Below, piece after piece: positions 29,955 through 39,942 of a stretch of 64,000 bases of DNA. The translations under genes and the position numbers were made by a program. The DNA lies in IMG/VR virus record IMGVR_UViG_3300027732_000002; one strand, given 5' to 3'. The notes below the pieces were generated by a model. That model was not told the DNA's origin. It saw only the letters and a program-made list of their open reading frames with translations, and ran no database searches. Source of the stretch: an uncultured virus (IMG/VR IMGVR_UViG_3300027732_000002). Taxonomy: Duplodnaviria; Heunggongvirae; Uroviricota; Caudoviricetes. Position 1 is the first letter of the stretch. Each line of letters begins with the position of its first letter.

Positions 29955-30442
29955 TGGGATATGCGTTTATTACTCCAGACGGGACCATCCGTCAAACCTT
30001 TAGAAAGTTGTCACCGTTTGATAAAGTACCAGACGGCGACAATATCGTTATGTACAACCCACCTGACTATGACCCAGAAATTGAGGACTTGGTACTAACC
30101 GAGCCTGTTACAACTGAAGAAGTTGCTTGTGCAGTAGTAGCTAAACCACGTGAGGTAACTGATTTGGTCTGGCAAACCAGAAAAACAGATGTTATTATGA
30201 AGCACCTTGATGCAACTGCACAAGGCTACGGATATACTAACATCTTTACTGCAACAACATACGCAACTTCAGCATCACCACGATTTGGTCCAGAAGGCAT
30301 TGCCTTTCGAGACTGGCGGGATGCCGTATGGACTTATGGTTACCAAATCATTGACGACGTAAAAAATGACCTGCGCCCAATGCCCAGTGACCAAGATCTA
30401 TTGTTAGAACTACCACCATTCCCAGGTGTTGACTACCCATAA
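29954..30442 (+). CDS. Putative tail fibre assembly protein
   Basis: LDATAQGYGY..EGIAFRDWRDAVW..ELP motif typical of genes next to fibre genes. Confidence 0.6.
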   Translation: MGYAFITPDGTIRQTFRKLSPFDKVPDGDNIVMYNPPDYDPEIEDLVLTEPVTTEEVACAVVAKPREVTDLVWQTRKTDVIMKHLDATAQGYGYTNIFTATTYATSASPRFGPEGIAFRDWRDAVWTYGYQIIDDVKNDLRPMPSDQDLLLELPPFPGVDYP

Positions 30443-30454
30443 TAAGGAGATAAA

Positions 30455-31498
30455 ATGACACTACCTGCTTCAGGTACTATAGCCTTTACTAACCTAAATA
30501 CAGAATTAGGTAGAACTAGTACTGCTGCTGGTACTAACCTAAACGAAACTGTAGTACGTACACTATTTGTAAAACCTACGGCACTAAGTACTATTGCCCT
30601 ATCAGATGGATATGGCAAAACTTATAGAAAAACGCTAACTTTCACTTTTACAACAAGTATTGGTAACTACGCATTAAACTTAAATGCTATTAGTGGTTAT
30701 TCAGCAGGTTTATCGGACATTACTATTGTTGTTAATAGTGGTGTGTACATCTATGCTGATAGCACGGCCGGTGCTGCACTTGTTATTACAGGTGGCAACT
30801 CTGGCGATACCCTAAAAATTATAAACAACGGTTACATAATGGGCAAGGGTGGTCAGGGAGGTGGAAAACTTACTGGTACACCAACATACCAAGTATCCTC
30901 TCCTGGAGGCCCCGCACTTAGTACTACTTTTAGAATTACCCAAATAACCGGTACTGGTTATATTGGTGGTGGTGGGGGTGGTGCTGCCGGTCAAAATAAT
31001 GGTTCTGGGGGTGGAGGTGCTGGTGGTGGTGTTGGCGGGCCTAGTTGGCAAACTAATGTAGTTGCTGGGGGTGCCGGTGGGGGACTCGGATCTCCAGGAG
31101 CTAATGGTGGAGTTAGTAGTGGTATAGTAACCGGCGGGGGTGGGGGTGGAGGTAGGCAGATGCCAGGAAGTGGTGGTACTGGTATCACTGGGAGCACTGG
31201 TGGCGGTGGCGGAGGTGCTGGTGGTGGCGGTACTGGATTCCTTTATGCATCTCAAAGTAATGGAGGAGGTGGTGGCGGCTGGGGTGCTGCTGGTGGAAAT
31301 TATTATAGTACTAACGGTATTGCCAAGACTGGTGAATCCGGCAATAATAATGGAGGTGCTGGCGGTGCTGGTGGTGGGTCGCTAATACCTACTCCAACTA
31401 ATATAGGAATTGCAGGTTCTCCAGGCGGTCCTGCAATACAAAAAAATGGTACCACAGCACCCACTGTTAGCTGCACAATATACGGAGCAATAGTATGA
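30455..31498 (+). CDS. Glycine-rich adhesin (T-even gp38-like receptor-binding protein)
   Basis: MTLPASGTI..LNTELG N-terminus; IINNGYIMGKGG..GGPAL..IGGGGGG and many poly-Gly tracts. Confidence 0.7.
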   Translation: MTLPASGTIAFTNLNTELGRTSTAAGTNLNETVVRTLFVKPTALSTIALSDGYGKTYRKTLTFTFTTSIGNYALNLNAISGYSAGLSDITIVVNSGVYIYADSTAGAALVITGGNSGDTLKIINNGYIMGKGGQGGGKLTGTPTYQVSSPGGPALSTTFRITQITGTGYIGGGGGGAAGQNNGSGGGGAGGGVGGPSWQTNVVAGGAGGGLGSPGANGGVSSGIVTGGGGGGGRQMPGSGGTGITGSTGGGGGGAGGGGTGFLYASQSNGGGGGGWGAAGGNYYSTNGIAKTGESGNNNGGAGGAGGGSLIPTPTNIGIAGSPGGPAIQKNGTTAPTVSCTIYGAIV

Positions 31499-32217
31499 TT
31501 ATTACTAGAGAACTTGTCGCTGAGACTACCTGTCAAGAATTTATTGACTGGGTTAACGCACACCCACAGTATTACGGACTTAAACGAAAGCAGTTTAATA
31601 AAGCTATTAGAGATGAAATAAACGCAGGTCAGTCCGCACAGCCGTGGTGGGCGGATTGGTTAGACGAAAACTATTTTAAGGGCGATGCTATTGCAAAATC
31701 TGGTAAAGTAAAACGATTAGGAATATATAGAACAATGGCACCCGGTTTAGACGCTCAAGAATTTGATAATATTGATGATGCTGTTGCAATACTAGAAACT
31801 GCTAAAAATGCTCAATTAGAGGCAGAAGCACTATATTTTCATATTCAAGTTCGTCAACGACATGGTGCCAGCGGTTACGATATACTTAGTGTTTGTGACA
31901 CAACCCAAGATACTTGCGTAGCACCAACTGCTAGCGCCTACTTTAGCACTTTTAATATTAATACGGGTGCATACGAAGACTTTCTAACATACGGCCAAGC
32001 AAAAAATCGTATGATTGAGTTGCGCAATGCTAGGCGTGATCTTGTTGCAAATAGTTTTATGATTGAAGAAAAAGTACAAGAAATAGGTGACGCAGATGCT
32101 GCACCTGCAGATTTTGTTATTGTAGAAACTATTACTGGCAAAAAAACGCACTACAAAGATAGACTCGATCGCGTAGAGCGCAGACCAGACCGTAAACCGA
32201 AAAAGCCAAAGCCATGA
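31495..32217 (+). CDS. Hypothetical protein
   Basis: 240-aa ORF coupled by ATGA overlaps on both sides. Confidence 0.7.
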   Translation: MIITRELVAETTCQEFIDWVNAHPQYYGLKRKQFNKAIRDEINAGQSAQPWWADWLDENYFKGDAIAKSGKVKRLGIYRTMAPGLDAQEFDNIDDAVAILETAKNAQLEAEALYFHIQVRQRHGASGYDILSVCDTTQDTCVAPTASAYFSTFNINTGAYEDFLTYGQAKNRMIELRNARRDLVANSFMIEEKVQEIGDADAAPADFVIVETITGKKTHYKDRLDRVERRPDRKPKKPKP

Positions 32218-32627
32218 TTATAACTCAAGAAATTTTAACAACCCTAAATAAGGTAGGTCTGTTATGTGACGAAGGATTTAAGTACTTATCCACAGATAAT
32301 TATTTGAACAAAACTCGCACACAGTTCATAGAAAGAATGAAGCAAGACGCTAGTTCTGGTGATTGCCCTGCCGACTACCCGGCTTGGGCTGTAAAGGTGC
32401 TGATTAGATCAGAGTTGATGAAACACCACCCCGACTTTATTCCTACTGGTAAGCTTAGGGTGTTAGGCCTTCAAGAACCGTTCTACAATATCCACGCAGC
32501 TCGAATAGCACTGCAGTCTCTAAAGAACCAAAATCCTAACACAAGTTATTTGTATTGTATCGAGGAAGAGACCCTAGACACCAGCGATCCCCTCGACCCA
32601 CAAATATCCTGGCGTCAACACCACTAA
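32214..32627 (+). CDS. Hypothetical protein, possible paralog of the preceding gene
   Basis: Shares MIIT.E..C.E..R.QF N-terminal pattern with 31495..32217. Confidence 0.65.
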   Translation: MIITQEILTTLNKVGLLCDEGFKYLSTDNYLNKTRTQFIERMKQDASSGDCPADYPAWAVKVLIRSELMKHHPDFIPTGKLRVLGLQEPFYNIHAARIALQSLKNQNPNTSYLYCIEEETLDTSDPLDPQISWRQHH

Positions 32628-32629
32628 AC

Positions 32630-32665
32630 AAAAAACATCTGTTCCTTAGGGGCAGATGTTTTTTT
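32630..32665 (+). terminator. Intrinsic terminator ending the tail operon
   Basis: AAAAAACATCTG...CAGATGTTTTTTT. Confidence 0.85.
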
Positions 32666-32668
32666 CGC

Positions 32669-32697
32669 TTGAATTGTTAAACCAAAAGTGCTATAAT
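32669..32697 (+). promoter_or_regulatory. Sigma70-type promoter of the accessory structural operon
   Basis: TTGAAT-17 bp-TATAAT. Confidence 0.75.
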
Positions 32698-32756
32698 AAA
32701 ACAAATCTTCCAGTCACCAAAAATTTTTTGTGACGTATTTTTACAAGGCAAAAACA

Positions 32757-33344
32757 ATGACTGCACCTACAAAATTAAATTTTAAAATGTATCAAGGCAG
32801 CACCTTTAGAGAAGTAATCCGTTGGGAGAGTTCGACAAAAGCCTACAAGACTATTACTGGCATCACAAAGGCCGCACCGGTAGTAATTACGTCAACTACA
32901 CATGGAATTCCGGTAGGTTGGCGCACGAAAATCACAAACGTGGTTGGAATGACTGCGATCAATTCTGCGGACACCTACCATCAAGTAACTGCTACCACAA
33001 CGGACAGCATTACTATTAATGCCCTTAATACTTTAGGGTTTACGGATTATACTAGTGGTGGCGTGCTAGAGTACAATGTTCCAATGGATTTGACTTCCAT
33101 GACTGCACGTATGCAGATTCGTCCTAGTCTGACCAGCAGTACTGTACTTGATACTTACACTACTGAGTTAGGTACTATTACTGTAGATAATACTGCAAAA
33201 ACTATTACTATAAATGTACCTGCTACTACAACAGCTGGTTACACATTTTCAACAGGGGTGTACAGCCTAGAACTCATTTCAGGGTCTACAGTATACCAAA
33301 TCATAACTGGGAACATTTCTTTGATTCAAGAAATCACCCGATAA
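32757..33344 (+). CDS. Putative virion structural/adaptor protein
   Basis: YQGSTF..DLTSMTARMQIR..GVYSLEL (BppU-like pattern) with an inserted ITGITKAAPVVITSTTHG beta module. Confidence 0.6.
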   Translation: MTAPTKLNFKMYQGSTFREVIRWESSTKAYKTITGITKAAPVVITSTTHGIPVGWRTKITNVVGMTAINSADTYHQVTATTTDSITINALNTLGFTDYTSGGVLEYNVPMDLTSMTARMQIRPSLTSSTVLDTYTTELGTITVDNTAKTITINVPATTTAGYTFSTGVYSLELISGSTVYQIITGNISLIQEITR

Positions 33345-33357
33345 AGGAATATAAAAA

Positions 33358-33771
33358 ATGGCAAATACCCTATACCCAAAGTGGAAAGAAGGCGTAATTC
33401 AAGCCTCCGCTAACACAGCGCTTACTGGTACTGTTAAAGCTGTGCTAGTAGATACTGGTGCTTACACCTACTCAACAGCACACCAGTTTTTTAGCTCAGT
33501 AACTGGTACTGCGGGCACACCCCAGACTATTGCTACAAAAACTTACGTAGCTGGATTATTTGACGGTGACAACGTTACCTTTACAGCCGTACCAACCGGA
33601 TCCTCAACTGGATCTCTGTTAGAAGCTATTGTAATTTACGTTGATACTGGTACCGCTGCAACTTCACCACTAGTAGCTTTCTTTGACACTGGCGTTACTG
33701 GTCTGCCTGTAACACCTAACGGTGGTGATATTACTATTAGCTGGAACGCCAGCGGCATTTTCCAGCTGTAA
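33358..33771 (+). CDS. Putative virion structural protein
   Basis: Strong AAGGA SD; beta-rich; LPVTPNGGDITISWNASGIF C-terminus. Confidence 0.6.
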   Translation: MANTLYPKWKEGVIQASANTALTGTVKAVLVDTGAYTYSTAHQFFSSVTGTAGTPQTIATKTYVAGLFDGDNVTFTAVPTGSSTGSLLEAIVIYVDTGTAATSPLVAFFDTGVTGLPVTPNGGDITISWNASGIFQL

Positions 33772-33774
33772 ACC

Positions 33775-34068
33775 ATGGCTTCAGGAACTGGTAGTTTATT
33801 CATTGATTTCGGTGCTCACCCCGGTTCCAACGAAGCTTCCGTTGCAGTAACCGGCCAGACTGGTATCAGTAACACATCAAAAGCATCAGCGTTTGTTATG
33901 GCCGGAGATAGTTCCGCAAACCATACTCCAGCCGACCATAAGTACCTACCCGTGTTTGCTGCACTAACGTGTAGCACTCCTGTATCGGGAACAGGCTTTA
34001 CTATTTATGGTACTTCAACTCAAAAATTAACTGGACAATGGGCTGTACGCTTTGTTTGGTCCGACTAA
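33775..34068 (+). CDS. Small putative structural protein
   Basis: 97-aa ORF tightly packed in the operon. Confidence 0.6.
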   Translation: MASGTGSLFIDFGAHPGSNEASVAVTGQTGISNTSKASAFVMAGDSSANHTPADHKYLPVFAALTCSTPVSGTGFTIYGTSTQKLTGQWAVRFVWSD

Positions 34069-34077
34069 GGATAAAAA

Positions 34078-35547
34078 ATGGCATTAGATGCAAATATTCG
34101 TGGCTCAACGTCTGGCTTAGGAGCCGAAGTTAATGCCTCCAATCAACTAAAAGTCACACTAGAAACGGATGCCGCGACAAACCCAGGTAATGTGGGTGGT
34201 GTGCGGATGTTTTCCGAGAATGATGTAGGCACCTATACAGGCTCAGCAGCTCTAGCATCACCAGAAACGTCTTCCGACTTCCGTCTCCGCGTTGGTATGG
34301 ACACGCTGCTGTTCAATGACACCTTTGGTGCTCTTGCGCAGAATAGTAGCCAGTGGGCATATAGTTTAGCCACACTTACTGCTACACAACCCGGTGCTGG
34401 TACTGTTAACTTTGGTACAGTTCAGGGAACCGCTGCCACTCATGGTGCGTTTATGCGTACCTGGCAATACTTTGGTATGGTTAAGTCTGCTCCCCTAGTA
34501 GCTGAGTTTGATGTGGGTCAGTTTAATTCAGCACTAATAGCTAACGAAGTTTTCTTGATGGGGTTTGGCCTGCCCACAGGTGCTGGTGCTGCTCCAACTG
34601 ATGGCGTTTGGCTTCAGTTTAGTAGTGGTGGAGTTGTAGGTGTTGCTAACTATTCTGGTGCCACCCTTCAAACAGGCGTAATGCTGCCAATTGAGTCTAT
34701 TGTAGTAGGCGAACTAGCTCACTGGATTATTGTTTGCGGCGAGGATGAAGTCCAGTTTTGGTTTGAACAAGAACTAGTAGGTAGTCTAGCTATTCCTTCT
34801 TCTAACGGTCAACCTTTCCAGAGTACTACACTACCCTTCTTTATGCAGAAGTTGTGCACAGGTACAGTAGCTAATACAAACACAATGCGTGTTTCTGGTG
34901 TTTCTGTTTCACTACAAGACATGCAGACCTCAAAAGCCTGGGCACACCAAATGGCCGTATCTGGTCAACAAGGATACGTTGCTCAAAATGGTCACGCTAC
35001 TCAGGGCAAGACTGCTATTTGGGGAAATAACGTCGCACCTACTGCTATAGCATTAACTAACACTGCTGCGGCTTTCGTTGGACTGGCCGGTATTGCGGCA
35101 ATTCTTCCAACGCTAACGGCAAACACTGACGGTATTATTTTCAGTTATCAAAATCCCGCAGGCACAGTAAACATTCCGGGTAGAAATCTGATCATTACCG
35201 GCGTAAAAGTACAGGGAGTTACTACTGTAGCACTTACGGGTGGACCAGTTATTTACGCTTACGCACTGGCATTTGGCCATACCGCAGTTTCTTTAGCCAC
35301 AGCTGAAACCGGATCTTTTGCTAACAACACTACACACGCACCTCGTATTCTACCAATTGGTATTGAAGCATGGGTCGCAGCAGCTCCTGTAGCTACTCAA
35401 GGAAACGGAACAGCAATTATTTCTTTTGATGCTCCTGTTGTAGTACGCCCTGGCGAGTTTGTTCAAATTACTGGTAGAAATATGGGTGTAGTAACAACTG
35501 CTGGTGCAATTACTCTTATTGGTTCAATTCATAGTTACTGGGAATAA
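34078..35547 (+). CDS. Putative structural protein, beta-sandwich/lectin-like
   Basis: AAGGA SD; 489 aa, Gly/Ala/Thr-rich with beta-strand patterning. Confidence 0.55.
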   Translation: MALDANIRGSTSGLGAEVNASNQLKVTLETDAATNPGNVGGVRMFSENDVGTYTGSAALASPETSSDFRLRVGMDTLLFNDTFGALAQNSSQWAYSLATLTATQPGAGTVNFGTVQGTAATHGAFMRTWQYFGMVKSAPLVAEFDVGQFNSALIANEVFLMGFGLPTGAGAAPTDGVWLQFSSGGVVGVANYSGATLQTGVMLPIESIVVGELAHWIIVCGEDEVQFWFEQELVGSLAIPSSNGQPFQSTTLPFFMQKLCTGTVANTNTMRVSGVSVSLQDMQTSKAWAHQMAVSGQQGYVAQNGHATQGKTAIWGNNVAPTAIALTNTAAAFVGLAGIAAILPTLTANTDGIIFSYQNPAGTVNIPGRNLIITGVKVQGVTTVALTGGPVIYAYALAFGHTAVSLATAETGSFANNTTHAPRILPIGIEAWVAAAPVATQGNGTAIISFDAPVVVRPGEFVQITGRNMGVVTTAGAITLIGSIHSYWE

Positions 35548-35550
35548 CAA

Positions 35551-35814
35551 ATGCCTATTACAAGATCAACTGCAGCAGTGTACACACTGCTAAACGCAAC
35601 CGTAACGGGAAATGGTTGTTTAGACTGTACTTTTGCAGTGGTGGTGGATAACATCTCCAGCTTTACTCAAACACTGGTAGTTCCTGAAGTCCAAACGGCT
35701 GCAATACTTGGTGCTACAATCACTGATGGTAGTAGTATTCGTAATACTCTAACAAGTAAGATCTGCGAGCACTTTATCGCAACTGGCGAGATTGTTGGTA
35801 CTATTACTGCGTAA
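35551..35814 (+). CDS. Hypothetical protein
   Basis: 87-aa ORF in the operon. Confidence 0.55.
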   Translation: MPITRSTAAVYTLLNATVTGNGCLDCTFAVVVDNISSFTQTLVVPEVQTAAILGATITDGSSIRNTLTSKICEHFIATGEIVGTITA

Positions 35815-35834
35815 TTAAAATAAGGGTGTAAACA

Positions 35835-38800
35835 ATGTCATTACTACTAGCACTGTTAGGACCAACTAGTAGTCAAACAGTTGGTGCGCCCTTACTTGCA
35901 AGCACAAATTATTTTCCTGAACAGATTGTCCAGTTAGAGGCCGCCACACCACCGTATACCTTTGAAGGTTATGAGATAGGAACTGTTGTTGCAAACGCAA
36001 TAACAGTTACTTACGAGACCGGTGAAACTGTATTTGTTGTAGTAAATCCTCAAAGCGCCACTAGGCCAACCGCTGTTTCAGACGGAACAAATACTTATAC
36101 TTATGTAGGCGGCAATACTGCTGGTAACTACTCCATTGCAGTATTTAAAGCCGATAATGTTGTAGGTGGCACGTATACACTTACTAGTGCTAATAACACT
36201 GGTAATATTACTTACTACCGTTACCGTAATATCAAAGCGGGTCCTGCTCAGGCAGTAATTACCGGTGAGATCACTAATCCTGGTGCTACGTTTACTAACA
36301 ACGTAGTACTTCCTGGGATAACGCCAACGGAAGCACCAGCAATGGTGTTTATTGCTGGCGGAGACCAAAATGCTGGTGGGCTGTACGTTGATACTGAGTT
36401 TATCAGCCGTGACGGTGGTAATATACAGACGGTAGCGGGTGATCGTAGAGTTACTACTACAGACACAATTACTCCAAAGTTTACTGGTACTGGATTTGAG
36501 TGGACTGATTACGTAGTTGCTGTATTTTCAGAAGCACTAATAGTTTCTGATTGGTTGTACCCTAGTACGATACAAAGCACCAACGCTTTCTTTGACCCAA
36601 TAGTTGCGGCTGAGGGCGGGGGTCAAACCTTAGATGTTGGTCTGTACAGCAATAGTGTTGTTTACTATGCACCTACAATCACTACAGGTGGTGTAACATT
36701 ACTAGATCCGCTATATACTAATACAAACTCACTATATACACCTACAATTACTAGGGGTGTAGTAAGCTTAACACCTAGTCTGTACAGCAATAGTGTTGTT
36801 TACTATGCACCTACAATCACTACAGGTGGTGTAACACTACTAGATCCACTATATACCAATACTAACAGCTTTTTTACTCCTAGTATTACCACAGGTATTG
36901 TTAGTGTAACACCGGGTCTGTATACTAATACTAGCACACTATACAATGCTACGGTTACTACAGGTGTTGTTGCCATAACACCGGGCCTGTATACTAATAA
37001 TAACACTTATTACACACCGACAGTAACAGTAGGAACTGTAACACTATCTCCAAGTCTATATACTAATACCAATAGTTACTATAATAGCACAGTTACTACA
37101 GGCGGTGTAACACTATTAGATCCGTTATACACTAATACTAGCACTTACTATAGTCCTAGTATTACTACAGGTGTTGTAACACTAACACCAAGCCTGTATA
37201 CCAACAGTACCACTTTCTACACACCCACAATCCCGGTAACAGGTGTTAATCAAACACTTACAGCTACTTTACTAACAAATAGCAATACTAGCTATATACC
37301 TACTATTATTGTAGGTACTACATTAGTAACTGAGTCGTGGGCAGGCTCTGGTACCGTTGATGGTAAAACCCCAACAACTGGTGGAGGTACTTGGCAGATT
37401 GATAGTGGTGGCAGTGGGGTATCGTATAGTTCAGGTACCGCTACCCCTGATGGTGATTATGCTAGTGCGTATCACTCAGCAACATACCAAAATGCACAGT
37501 TTAGTACTGTTGTATACCCTGCGGACATTGTAGGATCACCGCTCCCTTGCAGTATTATAGGTAGAGCTACTACTCTGTCTTCTAGTACTACATGCTATCT
37601 TGCCGAGTTTGATTCTATCAACTCAACTGTAAAACTTAAAAAGTTTATAGCAGGAACACCTACTGATTTAGCAACGGTATCTATAAACCCATCAGGTGCT
37701 TCGGCTTCCTTAGTAATTAGTGGGTCTATACTAAAAGTAATATTAAACGGTTCCGAGATAATATCTGTTAGTGATACTTCTATTACTGCTGCAGGATACT
37801 GGGGATTTGCTGTACGTTTTGGCGGAGTTGGTGAAGACTTAGCCAATTCGTCCATAGGCCCTGTTAGTATTAAGAGTGCTGTAATCGCAGTGCCCGTAAG
37901 TTTACTAGCTGGTCTATATACTAATACTAGTGCCTACTATAATAGCACAGTTACTACAGGTGGTGTAACACTACTAGATCCGCTATATACTAATACTAAT
38001 AGTTTCTTTACTCCTAGTATTATTAGAGGTGTTATTACACTAACACCAAGCCTGTACAGCAATAGTGTTACATTGTATAACCCTACAATTGCTGTAAGTG
38101 CTGTAACACTAACACCTAGTCTGTATAGTAATAGCAATACGCTATATAACCCTACGATCACTAGAGGTGCTGTTACCCTAGCACCGGGTCTGTACAGTAA
38201 TAGTAACACGCTGTATAATCCTACGATCACTGTAGGTGCTGTAACCCTAACACCGGGCCTATACAGCAATAGCAACATACTATACGCGCCTAGTAGTAGT
38301 TTATTACAACTACTAACAGCACCGCTACTAACTAATACTAGCAGCTATTATAATCCTACAGCTACTGTAGGCGTAGCAATAGTTGCTCCAGCACTTCACA
38401 CTAATACTAACACTTTCTATAGTCCAACTATTGCTGTAGGTGCCGTAACAGTAACAACACCACTACTAACTAATACTAGTACTGTACTAGTTCCAACAGT
38501 ATTACCTGGTACAATTACACTAGCACCGCCTGTTTTAGCTAGCAGCAACGTATACTACTTACCAACCATTACAAAAGGTTCAGTAACAGTATCACCAACA
38601 TTATTTACTAATAGTACTACCTACTACATACCAAGTATTGTACCTGGTGCTGTTGGTGTACAGTTACCCGCAATTGCTAGTAATTCTGCTACATATGCTC
38701 CTACAGTATTTGTAGCAGATACTAAAATAGCTCCCGGCAATATTGTTGTTGACGTACCTAGCGCCAATATCGCTAGTTATACCGAGATAACCAACTGGGT

Positions 38801-38942
38801 ACCAACCCTAGTAGTTAATAACGTAGTTACCTTCCTAGAAGTACCACACTACTTAGTAAATGTTGACGGACAACATGCTATACAATATAGCGATTCTTTG
38901 GACTATATCCTAGATAAACCATCAGGATCCGTTTCCAGTTAA
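35835..38942 (+). CDS. Thr-rich repeat protein (23-aa repeats) with interspersed globular domains
   Basis: About 20 copies of G.VTLTP.LY(T/S)N(T/S)N..Y.PTIT. in two blocks flanking a lectin-like domain. Confidence 0.75.
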   Translation: MSLLLALLGPTSSQTVGAPLLASTNYFPEQIVQLEAATPPYTFEGYEIGTVVANAITVTYETGETVFVVVNPQSATRPTAVSDGTNTYTYVGGNTAGNYSIAVFKADNVVGGTYTLTSANNTGNITYYRYRNIKAGPAQAVITGEITNPGATFTNNVVLPGITPTEAPAMVFIAGGDQNAGGLYVDTEFISRDGGNIQTVAGDRRVTTTDTITPKFTGTGFEWTDYVVAVFSEALIVSDWLYPSTIQSTNAFFDPIVAAEGGGQTLDVGLYSNSVVYYAPTITTGGVTLLDPLYTNTNSLYTPTITRGVVSLTPSLYSNSVVYYAPTITTGGVTLLDPLYTNTNSFFTPSITTGIVSVTPGLYTNTSTLYNATVTTGVVAITPGLYTNNNTYYTPTVTVGTVTLSPSLYTNTNSYYNSTVTTGGVTLLDPLYTNTSTYYSPSITTGVVTLTPSLYTNSTTFYTPTIPVTGVNQTLTATLLTNSNTSYIPTIIVGTTLVTESWAGSGTVDGKTPTTGGGTWQIDSGGSGVSYSSGTATPDGDYASAYHSATYQNAQFSTVVYPADIVGSPLPCSIIGRATTLSSSTTCYLAEFDSINSTVKLKKFIAGTPTDLATVSINPSGASASLVISGSILKVILNGSEIISVSDTSITAAGYWGFAVRFGGVGEDLANSSIGPVSIKSAVIAVPVSLLAGLYTNTSAYYNSTVTTGGVTLLDPLYTNTNSFFTPSIIRGVITLTPSLYSNSVTLYNPTIAVSAVTLTPSLYSNSNTLYNPTITRGAVTLAPGLYSNSNTLYNPTITVGAVTLTPGLYSNSNILYAPSSSLLQLLTAPLLTNTSSYYNPTATVGVAIVAPALHTNTNTFYSPTIAVGAVTVTTPLLTNTSTVLVPTVLPGTITLAPPVLASSNVYYLPTITKGSVTVSPTLFTNSTTYYIPSIVPGAVGVQLPAIASNSATYAPTVFVADTKIAPGNIVVDVPSANIASYTEITNWVPTLVVNNVVTFLEVPHYLVNVDGQHAIQYSDSLDYILDKPSGSVSS
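36630..37320 (+). repeat. 69-bp-period coding tandem repeat, block 1
   Basis: CTGTACAGCAATAGTGTTGTTTACTATGCACCTACAATCACTACAGGTGGTGTAACA recurs at about 36642 and 36780 (2x69 bp apart). Confidence 0.85.
37895..38720 (+). repeat. 69-bp-period coding tandem repeat, block 2 (degenerating toward the 3' end)
   Basis: Repeated LYSNSNTLYNPTIT units. Confidence 0.8.
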
Positions 38943-38952
38943 TAAACAACAA

Positions 38953-38986
38953 GGGCTATGGTTCATCAACCATAGCCCCTACTTTT
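38953..38986 (+). terminator. Hairpin, probable weak terminator or processing site
   Basis: GGGCTATGGTT-catc-AACCATAGCCC then CTACTTTT. Confidence 0.55.
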
Positions 38987-38996
38987 AAGGAATACA

Positions 38997-39452
38997 ATGA
39001 GTATTTTAAGTACAGAAATCACTACGGATCCTGCTGGTCTAGGTTATGGGTCCTGGCTACCAGACTCGCCCGGAACAGTAGCAGCACTAATCAATGCTAA
39101 AACCTTTACAATGCCAAAAACCTACATGGTATCAGAAATCGACGTGGTTGGTTTGTACCCAGATGGGCCTGTAGCAGGCGACGCCGTGCTAGCGAAACTA
39201 GAGGCTTTTGCTGCAGCAGCCCAGCCGCTGTCTAACCTAGTAAATCGTGCACTAAAAGCTGTGTACCAGCCTCAAGGTTTAAACATCGGCTCAGTTCAAG
39301 TACAAGACATGCTTACAATGCTTGGAACCGAAGGTGTCTTAACTACTGACGAGTCCACAAAACTAAAGTCCATTGCTAACCAACCGGCCAGCAGAGCAGA
39401 CGTACTAGGTATCGAACAAGTATCTGTTGAACAAGTAATCGGAGAAATTTAA
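38997..39452 (+). CDS. Hypothetical phage protein
   Basis: AAGGA SD; EITTDPAGLGY..PASRADVLG. Confidence 0.65.
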   Translation: MSILSTEITTDPAGLGYGSWLPDSPGTVAALINAKTFTMPKTYMVSEIDVVGLYPDGPVAGDAVLAKLEAFAAAAQPLSNLVNRALKAVYQPQGLNIGSVQVQDMLTMLGTEGVLTTDESTKLKSIANQPASRADVLGIEQVSVEQVIGEI

Positions 39453-39928
39453 TGGCAATTCAATATGGTGCGTCTACCGCAATCACAATTACTGCAGGCA
39501 GCTTAGCCTCAGCAGCCAACCGTTCTTCGGCCGCAGTAACTTCAGCACTTACAAACAACACAACTGACTACTTAGTATCAGTTAATGCGCTAACTACCGC
39601 TACCGCTCCAACTGGCAACAAACAAATTGTTGTTTACGGTTACATGTCTGAAGACGGTACTACCTATACTGGGAACAGTACCACAACAGACAACGTTGAC
39701 GGTACGGACAAAGCCTTAACTGCTATTGGTTCACCCACTGCGCTATTCTTCATGGGTACTATACAGCTAAACCAAGGTGCTGTTGCAGTCACTGCTCGCG
39801 AACAGTTTTCAGTTGCTACCACATTTGGTGTGATCCCTCCAAAGTGGGGAATCGTGCTTTACAACGACGCAGGAACTGCACTAGGTGCTACTGTTACCGC
39901 CACATTCCGCGAAGTTTACTACAGTTAA
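39452..39928 (+). CDS. Putative structural protein
   Basis: TAATG overlap; Thr/Ala-rich beta protein (FGVIPPKWGIVLYN). Confidence 0.6.
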   Translation: MAIQYGASTAITITAGSLASAANRSSAAVTSALTNNTTDYLVSVNALTTATAPTGNKQIVVYGYMSEDGTTYTGNSTTTDNVDGTDKALTAIGSPTALFFMGTIQLNQGAVAVTAREQFSVATTFGVIPPKWGIVLYNDAGTALGATVTATFREVYYS

Positions 39929-39942
39929 TCAGGAGTTATTAA

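Noticed and set aside
36630..38720. Regular direct repeats resembling a CRISPR array
   Set aside because: The 69-bp period is in frame within an ORF, varies at synonymous sites and has no unique spacers or cas genes.
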